Of a stretch of 64,000 nucleotides of DNA, positions 38,660 through 59,009 are shown piece by piece. Below the pieces are notes generated by a model. That model worked only from the letters and a program-made list of their open reading frames with translations, ran no database searches and was not told the DNA's origin. Source of the DNA: the human T2T-CHM13v2.0 reference genome, Homo sapiens; the NCBI RefSeq assembly GCF_009914755.1, contig NC_060947.1; one strand, 5' to 3'. How positions within the stretch are numbered: position 1 is the first letter of the stretch; every line of letters begins with the position of its first letter. A program made the translations under genes and the position numbers.

Positions 38660-39478
38660 TTTTATCCTTTTTTTTTCAAAGTTCCGGGGTACATGTGCAG
38701 GATGTGCAGGTTTGTTACATAGGTAAACATGTGCCATGGTGTTTTGCTGCACCTAACAACCCATCACCTAGGTATTAAGCCCAGCATGCATTAGCTCTTT
38801 CCCTAATGCTCTCCCCACTACCGCCCTCCCCTGACAGGCCCCAGTGAGTGTTATTCCCCTCCTGGTGTCCATGTGTTCTCATTGTTCAGCTCCCACTTAT
38901 AAGTGAGAACATGTGGTGTTTGGTTTTCTGTTCCTGTGTTAGTTTGCTGAGGATAATGGCTTCCAGCCCCGTCCATGTCCCTGCAAAGGACATGATCTCA
39001 TTCCTTTTTATGGCTGCATAGTATTCCATGGTGTATATGTACCATATTTTCTTTATCCAGTCTATCATTGATGGGCATTTGGGTTGATTCCATGTCTTTG
39101 CTATTGTGAATAGTGCTTCAATGAACATATGCATGAAATATATCTTTATAATAGAATGATTTATATTCCTTTGGGTATATACCCAGTAATGGGATTGCTG
39201 GGTCAAGTGGTATTGCTGGTTCCAAATCTTTGAGGAATTGCCACACTGTCTTCCACAGTGGTTGAACTAATTTACATTCCCACCAACAGTGTAAAAGCAT
39301 TTCTATTTCTCCACAACCTTGCCAGCATCTGTTGTTTCTTGACTTTTTAATAATAGTTATTCTGACTGGTGTGAAATGGTATCACATTGTGGTTTTGATT
39401 TGCATTTCTCTAATGATCAGTGATGTTGAGCTTTTTTTCATATGTTTGTTGGCCGCATGTATGTCTTTATTTGAGAAG
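38660..39478 (-). mobile_element. L1PA (about PA8-10) 3' fragment
   Basis: ggggtacatgtgcaggatgtgcaggtttgttacatagg; ORF 38886-39206 matches the ORF2 C-terminus. Confidence 0.92.
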
Positions 39479-39594
39479 AGAAGCGGCCTTATTTTACATC
39501 TGCAGACACTGCACAGGGATGTAGCACCACTATGACAGTAATTTATGGCCACAGAAAGAAGGGGAAAAGATAGAATGGGAAAAGAAGAGGAAAG

Positions 39595-39785
39595 TAGTAA
39601 TTTCTGAGTTCCATCACTGTGCTAGATGTTTCTTTTATCCTCTCTCATTTAATGAAGGGGGTTTTATCTCTAATTTACAGATAAGGAAACTGTGGCTGAA
39701 AAATGTTAATTGATTTGCTCAAGATCACATGGCCACCAAATAGCAGAGACGTGAATGACATCTGCGTTTATCTGTCTCAGAGCCT
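39595..39785 (-). mobile_element. MIR SINE
   Basis: tttacagataaggaaactgtggct...aagatcacatggc core. Confidence 0.75.
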
Positions 39786-41611
39786 GTATGTTCTCAAAAC
39801 TGCCTTTTTGAAGGAGCCTAAGACCTAAACAGGTCCAATCCCCTTACTTTAAAAATAGAGAAATTGGGGCTCGGAAAGTGAGTCACCTTGCCCAGGGTCA
39901 AAAGTTTCACTAACTTTCTTGTGAGTATACTCTAGGAAGCAGAATGAGGACCTTGCCAATCGCTGCAGGGCCCTATGCAGTAAGAAATGTTGTCCCCTTC
40001 ACGGAGTGCACATTAACTTCCTTGGCCACTAGAGTTAGAGTACAGTGGAAACAACACAAAGTATCTGAATGCCCTTTGGAAATAGTTTTTCACTGCATCA
40101 TGATAAACACTTTCCATGTATGACTCACAGACCAGTATCTTTTCCTGAAAAGATAGTGTGTGACTTGAATCAAATTTTAAGTAGAGAGTCCTATTTAAAC
40201 TGAATTCCCAAGCTATGGACATCTCTGAAAGACCAGAGCATGCAAGTTAGTTCTCGCTCCCAAACTGGAAGAGACATGAATGTCAATGTAGGGGTGCCCC
40301 TTCTTATTTCTCCCACTCCTCCGAGTCAAAATGTTTCATGCAAACAGTTTGCATGGGCCTTGCTGGAACATTCTTTGGGATTTGTGAACCTCTCTAGAAA
40401 TGGATCTAGGAAAAAGGTTTTATAAATCTGTGCCAGGAAATTTTTTTGGTCCCCAGTGAGGACCAGGCTGATAAGTATCCATGGCTTCTTGTAGAAATCC
40501 CAAGATTCAATCGTTACTTGGGAACCAAGCACATAGCATGGTTCCCATTACATTTATTGGTAAGTGGACATATGGACTTCACAGTCAATGACCCAAAATG
40601 CATTTATTGAGTGCCTACTTCGTGCCAGGATCTATGCTAGTAGGCTCAGGTTATATGATGGTGAATATCACAGATGTGTCCCCACCATCATGGAGCTTCC
40701 TGTGTAGCATGCTCATCACCAGTAAGACAACTAGGAAGCCCCTTGCTTGAAAGGATGATGGAACTAAACTCAATGGAGGCCCATACAGAGAGATTAAAAT
40801 GCTGTGCCGAGAAAATGAGGTCAATAAAAAGATCAAGAAATTGATTCAAGCTGGAATAGCTGGGGAAAGCAGTGAGCTAGGGATTAGCTCAGAAAGGCCT
40901 TAGAATAGGAAGTGGCTGCTGGAGGCAATTCCGGCAGGCTAAGAAGACTCTAAGAAGAAACTTGTTAAGAGATGCTGGCAGAAGTGTTGGAATGACACAG
41001 CCATGGAGTTGAGTTTAGCTTACCACCTAATGAGCAGTCTTGAACTGAAACTCAAAGGTTATGGCTGGAGCTGGCCTAGGAAGAAATGATGGGGCTTTCC
41101 CCAAAATTAGGAGTAAGCAACAGCCCACTAGCATGGGTGGGAGGGGTGGAGCTAGGTAAGTAGAACAAACTATTTATGGTCAGAACCTAATCACTATAAC
41201 CCAAGCTAACCTGAGAGGGGTCAGGAGACACACTTGTAACTTGTTTTAATGGACTTTTTTCCGTTATCCCATCCCTCTGGCCCAGAGTAGCAAAGAGAAT
41301 GGTCCTCCCCATAGTTTCATGAGTCAGAAAAGGTGTTAGTACTTGATATAAATAAAAGGAGATTAAAGTCCAAAGGTATGATGTCTTTTATGGAGAAACT
41401 TCTGGGTCCTCAGTGGAAAAGGAACCTTATCTGCAGGGTACCCTAGCTGTAGGTAATCTGGGTACACCTACACCTGGGAGGCAGGGAAGCAGGCTTCACT
41501 CCAGAGTCATCTGAATACTTCTGATAGTGTAAGCATTGTTTCACTTGCCCCAAGAATGATTTTGAACCACAGGCTGTCACAACTGGAGGGATCATTATAA
41601 ATCATCTAGAA

Positions 41612-41904
41612 AAGTGGTTCTTAACCTAATGACTCTTATTGATTTTTTTTTAACAAAATGAACTCCTCCCATTATCCTGAAATGAAAAACATAAGTGATT
41701 CACCCTGTCTACACAAGTAATTTAAAAATAAAAATAAATAAATAATGGCCCGTGATTTACAGGAAGTAAAAAAGGAAAGAGCTTTATTATAAAACAATAT
41801 TTATTTTTACATATAAAGGCTTGGCACAATGACAAGAGAAGACAAACATGCTCCCATAAATGTCCAAAGCCTCTTCTAAGGAGGAATACTGTTGAGAATC
41901 ACTA
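41612..41904. mobile_element. Non-autonomous hAT-Charlie (MER-type) element inside a MIR-like remnant
   Basis: TIR-like agtggttcttaacc and gttgagaatcact; 8-bp NTCTAGAN-like flanks atctagaa and ctctggaa. Confidence 0.6.
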
Positions 41905-42099
41905 CTCTGGAACGACTTCAGTTCACACATGGACAAACTGCATCCCAGAGAATGAAAGGATCAAGTCATGCTGCCTTTCTTTCACTGGGCCACTGCAGCC
42001 TTTCAGTGGGGTCCACCTAGACTTTCCAACCAGAAGTGTTCTGGAACTCCAAGCTTAGTACCAGGAAGCTCATGCTGTCTTTGGCAACTCTCACTATTA

Positions 42100-42320
42100 T
42101 ATAGTCTAGTGATTAAAAGCATGGGGTTTAGAGGTAAAACGTTTGCATTTTGGATCTGCCGCTTGACAGCTGTGTGGTCCTATGCCAGATACTTAACTTC
42201 TCTGTCTCTCTGTTTTCTCATATGTAAACTGGAGTTAGTACTTACTCCATAGGACTAAGATAATACATGAGAGAGTCCTAATACATAGTAAGCCTCAAAA
42301 AATGGTAGTTATTACTATTA
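42100..42320 (+). mobile_element. MIR SINE
   Basis: tagtgattaaaagcatggg...acttaacttctctgtctctctgttttctcatatgtaaa. Confidence 0.78.
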
Positions 42321-44369
42321 GTATTTCTGGCACACCATCAACTGCTTTCAATACTCTGTTAATGCAGTTGTAACCATTCCATTGATGCTATCATTGTCAT
42401 CATAATTGCTACAGGGATCCTCAAAGGGGAGTATCCCTTCCCTTCAGTGAGTAACACTCTTGGTCAGCCCAATGTGATCTATTCTCATGTTCATACTATC
42501 CTTTATTAGGAAAGATACCCTGGCTATTTTGGTTTTGTTCTTCCCTTTCCATGGAACTTATTCCATAAGGTCTGAGGGACGAGGCCAGAGGGCATATGAG
42601 AGTCACCCTGTAGTCCCCCATCAAGTGAATTTCTCAGTGTCCCCAAACCACTGTCACAAGAAGGAACCCAGGAACCTCAGTTCTCTCTTAATTTCAAGTG
42701 AGTTTCTGTCAACCCCTGACATTAGCATAGCCGTTGTCTCCCCTTCTTTGTTCACATTTATCCCAGGAGGCCTATATGTCCTTATGCAAATAAGACTCCT
42801 GGTGGCCTACCCTTTTGATCACAAAGTTCCCGAAATAAAAAATTAAACGTGGCCCCATGGTGATGCTTGTGTCAGTAATTTGGATAAACTATATGGTTCC
42901 TTTATACAATAATGAACCTGCGATTTGGGGCTTAGCCAGCCTGCAAGCCTGCCAGGCACACTCTCACTAGTCTGGAGTCTCAAAACAATGGGAATTGGGG
43001 GCAGTACACTTAGACATATGTAGGAACCCTGTACCTTGGCAAACAACTGACTTCCATGAGCAGAGCATGTATGGCTCTCACACAGCTGTTGAGACAACTG
43101 AACACACACTCTTTTTCTCCTCCAACCCTTTCTGCCCCTCAGGTGAAAGCACATTTCCCCCAATAACAAATGTAAAAAAAGGGTCCTTGAGAAGTGTTTA
43201 TAAGGAGTATGTGGGAGTGAGTTGTACTAGGTCTCATCCTTTCCAATTTATCCTGAGGTTAGATACCTGAGTGAATTTTACAGCCAGCTATATGATACCC
43301 CCTAAGGGCCAAATAGATTAAAAACAGGTTTTATTCAATATGATTTCTCAAGTTTCTTTTTCACAACTCTAAGAAAATCACACAGCTAGTAGCCCTCAGG
43401 GTACCTGCTGGCGTCCTGCTGGGGGCTGCTCTGTGATGTTTCAATTACAGCAAAGCACAGGAGGTGGGGGAAGCAAGCACATGTGAGCTCTTGAGCGAGC
43501 ACAGGCAGACACACACACACATCCACACTCACACATTCAAAACCCAGCATAAAGCCATAGTTCTCAGGCCTATATCCAAAAGCAGCTTTACTAAATCCTT
43601 AGGAACTCTCAGACAAATGAACCTCAAAAGTCAGTTTTCTTACATTTGAAATATGAAAATCAGCATTATTAGAAACTCTTAAGCATGCAATGCCACATAT
43701 ATTTGAACCGAGTCTTCTTGAATATAATTTTCCTATCAATAGGCATATGTGCAACCAAAGAGAAATAAGCTGAGACACACTAAACAAGCACACATGTGCA
43801 CACATGCACACACGCACACCCAAATTGTTACCTAAATTTTGTGCCAGTGGAACTCAGAACTACATGGGAGAATGTTTAAAAACAGAGAATTAAAGTTAAT
43901 GTAAATTGTACTTGAGCAACCAGGAGAAGAACGTAACTATGAAGTCAAGACTCCAGTGAGTTTGGTAAAATGAGGACATCAACAGGAATATTGAAGAACA
44001 TAATGGCAGGAGGTAGAAGAGCTGGCTCCTTTAAATCCATATCAGCCACAGAATAGCAATTGCCACTTTGGACTCAGCAGTCTCATCTCTAATCATGTCA
44101 TTCTTCCATGCTGTCTCCATCACTCCTTGAAGTTACTGAACTGGTTCTTCACCCTACCTGTAATATCTAATCACCCAGTACTTCCCATTTCATTTGAATC
44201 ATGACCACATGATATGGTCACAACAGCCTCTTTTCCTAGGTCACACTCTGTAGTTAGCTAATTTAATGGTGCTCTTCTCACTACCTTGGAGCCTCTTCCC
44301 ATGACTTTCCACTAAGCTCATTCCAACAATTTAAATTCTTGGCTACAGGAAGCAGCAGCAGCCCAGCAT

Positions 44370-44580
44370 GATGATAATGAGTTAAGGCTTTGGAATCAGA
44401 CAGAACTAGATTTGAAACCCACTTGGTAGTTGGATGACCTTTGGCAAGTTACTTAACTTCTCCAAGCCTCAATTTTCTTTTCTAAAAAATGGAGGTCATA
44501 ATAGCACTTAGATCACAGGATTGTTGTACCAGTAATGATATCATTCATATGAAGTGCCTGGCCTACAGTAGGCATCATTA
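44370..44580 (+). mobile_element. MIR SINE
   Basis: ggctttggaatcagacaga...ggcaagttacttaacttctccaagcctcaattttc. Confidence 0.82.
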
Positions 44581-45499
44581 TCATTCCTGATTTCAGTGTG
44601 ATGAAACTGTCCAGATAACCCTTACACAGAAAGCTCCTTCCGTTTAACTCCAGGACATTCTGCTTCTAACATTCGTAGAAGTAAAGAAGCTTCTTCCTTT
44701 TATCCTCTGATTCTAAGACTATAGATTCATTTAAGTTGCTATTCTATGCCCGGAGTTATGGTTATGCAAATCAATTCCCAAATTTTTCTGGCAGTGACTA
44801 GACAGGGTTGGGGAAAGCAAGGTTCTGGCTCCTTGGGACACTGTAATGAAAGGTAGGCACTGCCTCCCACTAAGATCACATACAATGCAGCAGTCCCCCA
44901 AAAGAAGGCTGGCAAACTACTAAGAAGGAGGAGTTCAATACTGGACAGAAAAACCATGGCAATTGTCTACTAATTAAAAATACAGTGTGAAAACTGCTGA
45001 TGTAGATCTTAGGAACATAAATCTTAATGTTGGCCAACTTGTCCCTTCTTCCCACTATCCCTTATCCACATTGAAGAAGAAGAACACAGCAAAAGAGTCA
45101 TGACCTTCTAGAATGCTAGAAGCCAATAGTCTGCTTCTTTCTTGTGATCTCCTCTCCCGGCAACCTCTCTTGCTTCCATGAGGTCAGATAGGTAACAACT
45201 CTGTTTCTGTTTGTCTCCTTCTTCTCTCTCTTTTGGCTTGTTTCCTTCAGTGAGGTAAGAAGGTAAGAAGAGAACAGAGATGCAGAAATACAGGGGCCAG
45301 TGGTTCTAGATATAGGGGAAAATGCTCTTGTTTTGATTCTCTGAACCTCTCTTTCCATTTTGCCCCTAAGATCACTCTCAGCTGTTAGATGTTACTATTC
45401 TGGTACCAAGAAAATACATGCCAGTGAGAAGAGATTAAAAGATTAAGACAACAGAGTAAGAGAGCCAGAATCAGAGCAGAGCTGAGCCCCAACCTTAGC

Positions 45500-46212
45500 C
45501 CAGTAACCCTGCATCCCATGGAATAAAAGCCCATTTGCACCTCTTTTGGTGTAACAGGTATTGTCAGAGCCCCACCCATATGCCAGGCAAATTCTAACTG
45601 CATTACTCCTTGCAGGTTCTTTTCCCAGAGCTGCAGAAATCTTTGTTGTCTATGTGTACAGCAATCTACAAATGCCAGTGAATTAACAGCCCCCAGGAGC
45701 AGTGAGATGTGATTCATGAGTTGATGTATAAATACCCAAACTCCAACCTGGGCAACATAGTGAGACCCATCTCTAAAAATTTCTTTTTGAAAAATTAGCT
45801 GTTCGTGATGGCACGCACCTGTAGTCCCAGCTACTTGGAAGGTGGAGGCAGGAGGATCACTTGAGCCCAGGAGTTGGAGGCTGGTGAGCCACAGTTGTAC
45901 CACTGGATTCCAGCCTGGGTGAAAAAACAGACTCCGTCTCCAGAAAAAAAAAAAATTCCCAGCTCCCTTGCTCCTCAGGTGGGATAATTCTGAGGTGTGT
46001 GTTTTGCACCATTTCCCAGAGTTTCCACATATGAATGTCACTCCTTCACAGTGGTAGCTGGCTTAAAAGCACACTCTTTATTGACAGCCTTCCTTTTCTT
46101 TATTACTATTCTACCCGCTTAGAGGTGTTACCTGAAATTCTCAAAGAAATCATTTTCATTGAAATCTTTGTCTCAGGATCTACTTCCTTGAGAAGCCATA
46201 CAAAGACACCAT
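45500..46212. mobile_element. ERVL LTR (LTR16-like) interrupted by a 5'-truncated AluJ (+, ~45744-45955)
   Basis: attaacagcccccaggagcag and cccagctcccttgctcctcaggtgggataattctgagg; Alu flanks aaatacccaaactcc and aaattcccagctcc. Confidence 0.65.
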
Positions 46213-46609
46213 GTTAATCTTGGGTCAGTCCATAAGGAGCCCTGAATGCGACAGAAACTTTTTCAAAGTGTTTTTTGCCATTTGGTCTTACAATAATCTC
46301 TATAAAGAAACTTTGGTTCTTAGATGATAACCTAATGAGAACGTATTTGCCAAATGGGATACAGAGAGAGTAACTATAGATCAGAGATAGTAGAATATGC
46401 TTAAATACTTTCCTCTTGATGATAGCAATCTTCTAAATGCAAGGGATATGGAAAATCATCATTTTAGTATGGAGTAAAAATGTGAGGATCAGGGTCATTT
46501 TCACAAATTGAAAAATTAGAGGGATTAGGAAAAGCCACTCTGATCACTGAAAAATGTAAACATTTTCTGAATAATGCAAATGAATACTCAAATGCTTGCC
46601 AAGAGTTGT

Positions 46610-46755
46610 TTGAAAAAAATTAACGATTAAGATTTCTGGAACAAGCTGAATATATTTTTAAAAATTGAGAACAAAGACTTCTGGAAGAAGCTGAATACAT
46701 TTAAAAACAATTAAGGATAAAGATTTATAGAACAAGTTGAACACAATTTAAAAGA
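46610..46755. repeat. Degenerate tandem repeat, ~45-46-bp period, about 3 copies
   Basis: aagatttctggaacaagctgaata (46629), aagacttctggaagaagctgaata (46674), aagatttatagaacaagttgaaca (46720). Confidence 0.8.
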
Positions 46756-46829
46756 AAGTATAACTAGAACAATATGCTCTCAGCTTCAACAATACATGAA
46801 TGAGAAAATTAACAATAAAACTGTCATTT

Positions 46830-47045
46830 TTGAGTACTTATTTAAGTATAAACAATTTGCCGTATATTTTATGCACACTATCTCATTCAATCCTTACAAT
46901 AACTCTGAAAGTTATTATTTTTATCCCCATCTTATACACAAGAAAACTGAGGCACAGAAAAGTTGAGTAATTCTTCTGAGGTCACACAGCTAGTACTTAG
47001 CCTAGATAGGGTTTGAAATCATGTTTTTCTGACTCTCAAGCTTAT
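46830..47045 (-). mobile_element. MIR SINE
   Basis: atccccatcttatacacaagaaaactgaggcacaga...gtcacacagctagt. Confidence 0.8.
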
Positions 47046-49289
47046 AGGTTTTCTACTTTCATATACATTTTTATTACTGCATTTTTATTTCTCTTGGTAT
47101 GCACCTATTACTTTCAATAATCAGACCATGTGTCTAATCTGAAATTGATAAAATATAATCGTTATGTTGATAATGGGTCAACACAGCATCATATGCCCAA
47201 TCAGGTCTATAGATTCTATGCACTTGGCTTTTTGACAGAATCAAGTCTAGCATGGTTTGCATACTTGATATGGCTTGTGAGTTCCAAATTGTCATTTTCT
47301 GATTCAGAACCTAGCAGAGTGCCTTGCAAATAGTAGGCTCTCAATAAATGAATAGAAATAAATGACTGAATCAAGTCCCAAGTTTCCTTCTGACTGGTTT
47401 CCAGGCTTAAGCCTCTCACTTAAGCTTGAAACTATAATTAACCCTATCACCAAGATTTGAGGTAATTGCTTCTTCCCTCTTAAGTCAATGATAAGAAGCT
47501 CTTTCCTTTACACCCACCCCATCCCCTTTGCAGCTTTGGACAATTTTCAAGGTGTTCTCCTGGGTCTTGACGCTTGATTCCTCGGTCATCAGGTTTCTAT
47601 CTCCTCCTATTTTCCTGGGCATTGACAACAGATCCTCCTTACTCCTGAGAAGTGCTTCTTTCCTTCCTGCCTCTTTGCCTTTGTTCACAGTATTCCCTTG
47701 GACTGGACTGGCCCCCTCCCCCATGTCTTGGCTTCTGTCTGGCTCTAGTCTCAGATTCCTGAACCTTGCCTGAACCAGGTACAGATGTAATTCCAGCCCC
47801 AGTCTCTAGTCCCTGCTCTCTAGTCCACCTAGGGGTACTTGTTTCAGGCTGCTGGGGTCTCCAACCTTGAGCTGACCCCTCAGATCTGGTGGCTGGCCTG
47901 TGTGAGCCTGATAAGGAGGCAGAGAGACCCGAGAGGTCACCACCAGTCTGTCTTTGTCAGCTGGAGGCCTGGATTCCAGCATGTTCCTGCAAATATGTGA
48001 CTTATTTACTCATCTTGCTTTTTGTTTGAGCTCTTTCAACACAGCAGGTTCCCCCAAATGATTTCAGACAGGACAGAAAGAGCCCTGCCCTCATCAGTCC
48101 ATGAGTGAAATGACAAGTCGGGCTTGTAAACAGGATTCCAGCCTTTTCTGAGGCTCAGCTGCCTGTGGAGACATGCAGCCCCACAGCACATCCCCACAGA
48201 GACACGTGGTACCAACTAGAGGCAGTAAGATGAGTATTGATGTGGTTTGCGCACCTCTGGATGTATGATTCCATTTAAAATGGAGGCTAGCCTCTTGGTG
48301 AGAGTCCTGTTGACTCCATCAAGGAGAGCAGTGATGTGATGTATTGTAATGAGTGTCCTGCTTGATAGGTGGCAATTTAGGAAATCCAATCAGCTGGCCT
48401 GAACCATGCTAGCCCTCCACATACATTAGAAACACTTTTCACATTTTCTTCTTTTACTGTCTTCAGAAAACTGAGCATGCTTTATAAATACTTCCAGAAT
48501 ATAAAAAGCAAAGAACTTGTGTATTTGCCTGAGGTACATTTTCACCCATGGTCAATGAAAGATAAGTCTGAGACCCTCTTCTTGCTACACTTGCACCTTC
48601 AGCTGGAAATTAGAGCTTCAGGTGATTGGAACCCTAACCCTCCCTGTTAATGGGCCAGCAGAGCCCAGGAGAGGGGCTTCTTCCATTATTGTGCCTTTCC
48701 AGGAGTATATGTTATCACTTGCCTGGATGCTTGTTGTTTTGTAATTGCCTGATCCTGACTATCATCCTCTCCCTTCCTCACCAACTCTTCAGCCTCCTGC
48801 AGTCCTCACCATAGTCCAGACTTTCATCAGTGCCATTTCAAATGATGATAGCTCATATAAAATGGTTTCCTTCAGCCCTGTAGAAACATTTCTACAAGTA
48901 AACGGAGAATAGCCTTTGATTTCGTTTGTTTCCAATATGTTGGCATTTTTATTCAATACTCTCAAATCCTATTTGTTAATGCTGCATTATTGTCTTTATT
49001 AGAAATACCAGGAGGGCATGTTCCCTAAAGCATCCCTTCACACAGTAAAAGACAACTCAAATTGGATTAGTTTATTTAGCGAAGGTGTCAACTTTTCCCA
49101 GATACCAGTGCTTCTGAGACACCTCCTTCCATTTTAGGTTACCAAGTTTCTTTCTTCCTTTCATTTTTTGTCAACATGCAATAATATAATTATTATTACA
49201 TGAAAATATATATAAGTATGTATAATAATATATACAATTATGTGTTATATTATATATTATGGTATATTGTATATGTTATATAACTCATA

Positions 49290-49540
49290 TAAATGTGTAT
49301 AATATTTATAGGCTACAGAGTGATTTTTTAATACTGTATATAATGTGTAATGATCAAATGAGGGTAATTAGCATATTCATCACCTCTAACATTTATCAAT
49401 TCTTTGTGTTGGGAACATTCAAAATCCTCTCTTTTTAGCTCTTTGAACATATACAATAAATTATTGTTAGCCATATTCACCCTAAAGTGTTATAGAACAC
49501 TAGAACTTATTCTTCCTACCTATCCGTAATTTTGTAAGTT
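49290..49540 (-). mobile_element. L1MA 3'UTR fragment, preceded by AT low-complexity sequence
   Basis: tgtaatgatcaaatgagggtaattagcatattcatcacctc...ttgggaacattcaaaatcctc. Confidence 0.8.
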
Positions 49541-51051
49541 ACTGTTCTTGAGAAAGTTAAGATTCTTTTGAATAATCTGAGATGTGTGAAATAAGGTTAG
49601 TCACAGGATTTCCTGCCACAAGCGTTCACAAACAAACTTTCCTCACTTCCTCTTTTTTAAAGTTCAATTTAGGCTCACTGATCTAGTTGCTTTTGTTTTA
49701 GTGGTTACAGTCTCCACCCTGTTACCAATCGTTAAAAAGGGTCGACAGAGCCTCAAGTGCTTGCTGTCAGTCTCTGTTTCCCTCTGTCTCCCTCTCTCTT
49801 GTCTCTCTCTCTCATACATAAACACCCGAAAGGCTTATATTAAGATGGCAGACATTCTATCCACTAGAAACTTAGAAAACTTAGATTCCTGCAGTGTTAG
49901 TTTCTTCCTCTCTCCTCCTCAGACACTTTGTTATCTGTATTTTAATCCACAGAATCAACTGTTTTCCCACCCTAACCCTTCTCTTGCCATCTTTCTCCCA
50001 CTTCCCCAAGTGCCTAAGTTGTTAAATTGTCATCCCCCACAGAGCTCCAGGCTCTGAACTTTTCTGAGCCCCCAGCAAATTCTATCTCTCTCTATCATCT
50101 TACCTCATTGCATCTACACTGCCTTACAAGACAAATATTTCTATACCATCCTCATCTAAGGCCATGGGCTCAGCTAAACTGCGAGCTTCTTGAGGGTAAG
50201 GATTAGGTTTTATATATATATATATATATGTGTCCCCTAACACAGTGCCAGACCCTCAATATTTGTTGAATAAATGACGACAAAACTAATGAATCTGAGA
50301 AAGTGTTAAATTCCTTCCAGGTAACAAAATCTTAGTTCAATCAAAATATGTGTTTTCACAAGGCTATAAAAGATACAATCTAAGTTTGGGAATTTAGACC
50401 CTAAGGAATGGTTTCTCCCTTTTGGTATATCACTGGTTCTTAATATGTCATGTGCGATGGGAAATCGAGATCTCTTTACTCACACTTGGAGGTTCCCTTT
50501 ATTTACTAGTTTGTCTGGATTTTTCAGTAGCATTCTTCTCCTTTCACCTTGTCAGCTGAGGACCAGCTTAACAAGTAATTTGGATTTATAACTAAATTTT
50601 TCTGCAATATAAAGAAATTCCAAGCTATGTAGCTATACAGTTTCTCCCAAGTACAGGTCACATGACTCACTTTGCACAGAGATAAGCTCTGGGTGGAACC
50701 TATCTGGGATCTATCTTCTGGCACTCCTTTTTAATCATAGGCCTTAGAGTGATTGGGATTCTGGTTGGTTTACTTTACTTCCACCCTCTAGTCCAGGGTG
50801 GAGCTATTGTCTTTGGGTCTCATGCTGGTTGCTGGAAACATAAGGTTCTGTTTTTGTTTGAAACTTAGGTGGAAGACATTTGTTTCTAGGAGAACTCATT
50901 TCTGCCTATGCGGTCTGCACCTTCATCACCAACACAACTGATGCGTTCTGACTACTCTACTCCAGGAATTTTGCTTCTTTTCACCTTCCTGTCCCACCCT
51001 ATGACACAGGTCTTGTTCTCTCTATGAACTTTCCTATATATCTTATACTTT

Positions 51052-51336
51052 TCTTTTTTTGAGATGGTCTCATTCTGTTGCACAGGCTGGAGTGTAGTGG
51101 CATGATCATGGCTCACTGCAGTCTCAACCTCCCGGGCTCAATCAATCTTCCTGCCTCCACCTCCAAGTAGATGGGACCACAAGTGCATGCTACCAAGCCT
51201 GCCTAATTAAAAAAAATTGTACAGTCAGGGTCTCCGTATGTTGCCCAGGCTAGTCTCAAACTCCTGGACTCAAGCAATCCCCCCACCTTGGTTGCCTAGA
51301 GTGTTTGGATTACAGGAGTGAGCCACTGTGCCTAGA
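51052..51336 (-). mobile_element. AluJ
   Basis: ttttttgagatggtctc...gatcatggctcactgcag...gagccactgtgcct. Confidence 0.92.
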
Positions 51337-51413
51337 CTACTTTTCTATTTTAGGAAGTTTTGCCCAGTGTTATCCACTACTGTGTATCTAGGTTCCTCTG
51401 CTTTAGATATTCC

Positions 51414-51517
51414 TTTTTTTCTTTTTTTCTTTTTTCTTTTATTATTATACTTTAAGTTTTAGGGTACATGTGCACATGGTGCAGGTTAGTTACATATGTA
51501 TACATGTGCCACGCTGG
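51414..51517 (-). mobile_element. Extremely 5'-truncated young L1PA (PA3-like) 3' end with tail
   Basis: T-tail followed by attattatactttaagttttagggtacatgtgcac...caggttagttac. Confidence 0.9.
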
Positions 51518-51718
51518 TCCTTTCTTAGCTCTTCAGCCATTCTCTTTCCCCCAGCCTACATTCTCCTATCATAGCTTGTAGGCTCTGTTAGTTTTCTTAA
51601 AATGCCTCAATTAATTATTTATAATGCACCAACTGGGGATTAACTTCACTACCTCATCCCACTCTTGATTTAGCTACGAGATCTCTGTACCACCTAACTG
51701 ACAATTTAAGAGCAAGAG

Positions 51719-57893
<6,175 letters not shown>

Positions 57894-59009
57894 AAGAGCA
57901 AGAGATGTGTTTTATGCTTCAATTTCTTGCACACAGCAATAAGCACAGGGTTTCCACATAGCCAGTACTCAATAAAGATTTGGTGATTTGGTTTTCTTGA
58001 ATAATATCCCCTATATAGAGCTCCACAATGCACATCTGTGTGTCATTCTTTAAAAAAGGTAACACCTTTTGTTTTCTTCTGACTCCATGGGCCTAAAGCT
58101 ATTTGCAGCAGGTGCTTAAAAATGATCGTGATATAATGATAATAGCAGAAGAAAATCAATGCAGATATTTCAAAATAGTTGCAGCCTCCAAATTACTTCT
58201 TTTAGAAATTGGATGCAGATGTTGCTCAGTTCCTTTTGCCAGAAATCTAGCACCAGTTTCATTCATTTCTCTATTCCTCTCATGTGTTTTTCCAAAATGA
58301 AAAAAAAAATCAGCAAATCCTATCTCTGTTACCACTTGTAATATTAAATATTCCTCCTCTTTGTCCTCAGCTCTATCACCCTGATGTAGATCATTCTGAG
58401 TTTTCCTGGACAACTACAACTGTCAGCTGTCTAGACTCCTTTTCTTCATCCTACTGCATTCCCAACAGTGTTTTAATGATAGAAGAACTTTGAGACCCTG
58501 AATGAACATGACATTCACCTGCTGCAGGCTACTCCATGCTCGTACACTAAAGAGTTGTCACTTCTTGGGTTAGTAGATGTGTTGCCTCATAAATATCTTG
58601 TATCTAATCTTGGAAAATAGGCCATAAATCTCAAGAAAACTGTGTGTGATAGGGTGTTGGTAATGTGGAGAATTAAATGTGATTAGGAGAACAAAATATT
58701 CTCTATGACCAGCACTTCATAATTTCATCAAATTGAATTTGACTCCTTGTAGGTGATTTTGTCTACTTTTTTTTTTTTACTTCTGTATAAGAGCAAATTT
58801 AACAGATGTTTAAGTAACATATAGGAAAATCAGTAATAAAAATTTGTGGAGAATGCAAAACACTTAAGCAAGTACTTTGCCTTTTACTGTACATTAAATG
58901 AATCCGTTAATATTCCCACTCTTCCATCTTAATTCAGGACTTATCCATTGGGTGAACTTAAGAGCTTAGTGATGCAATGTACCAATCCAAGCGATGCTCC
59001 TGTTTTACA

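Noticed and set aside
42487-45358. Non-repeat ORFs of 80-119 aa and splice-donor-like motifs (e.g. GAGgtaaga near 45253)
   Set aside because: No recognisable domain and no consistent exon structure. lncRNA exons cannot be excluded but cannot be supported from the sequence alone.
46610-46755. Repeat-spacer-like periodicity suggestive of a CRISPR array
   Set aside because: Eukaryotic context, only ~3 degenerate units, the spacers are themselves similar, and there are no cas genes.
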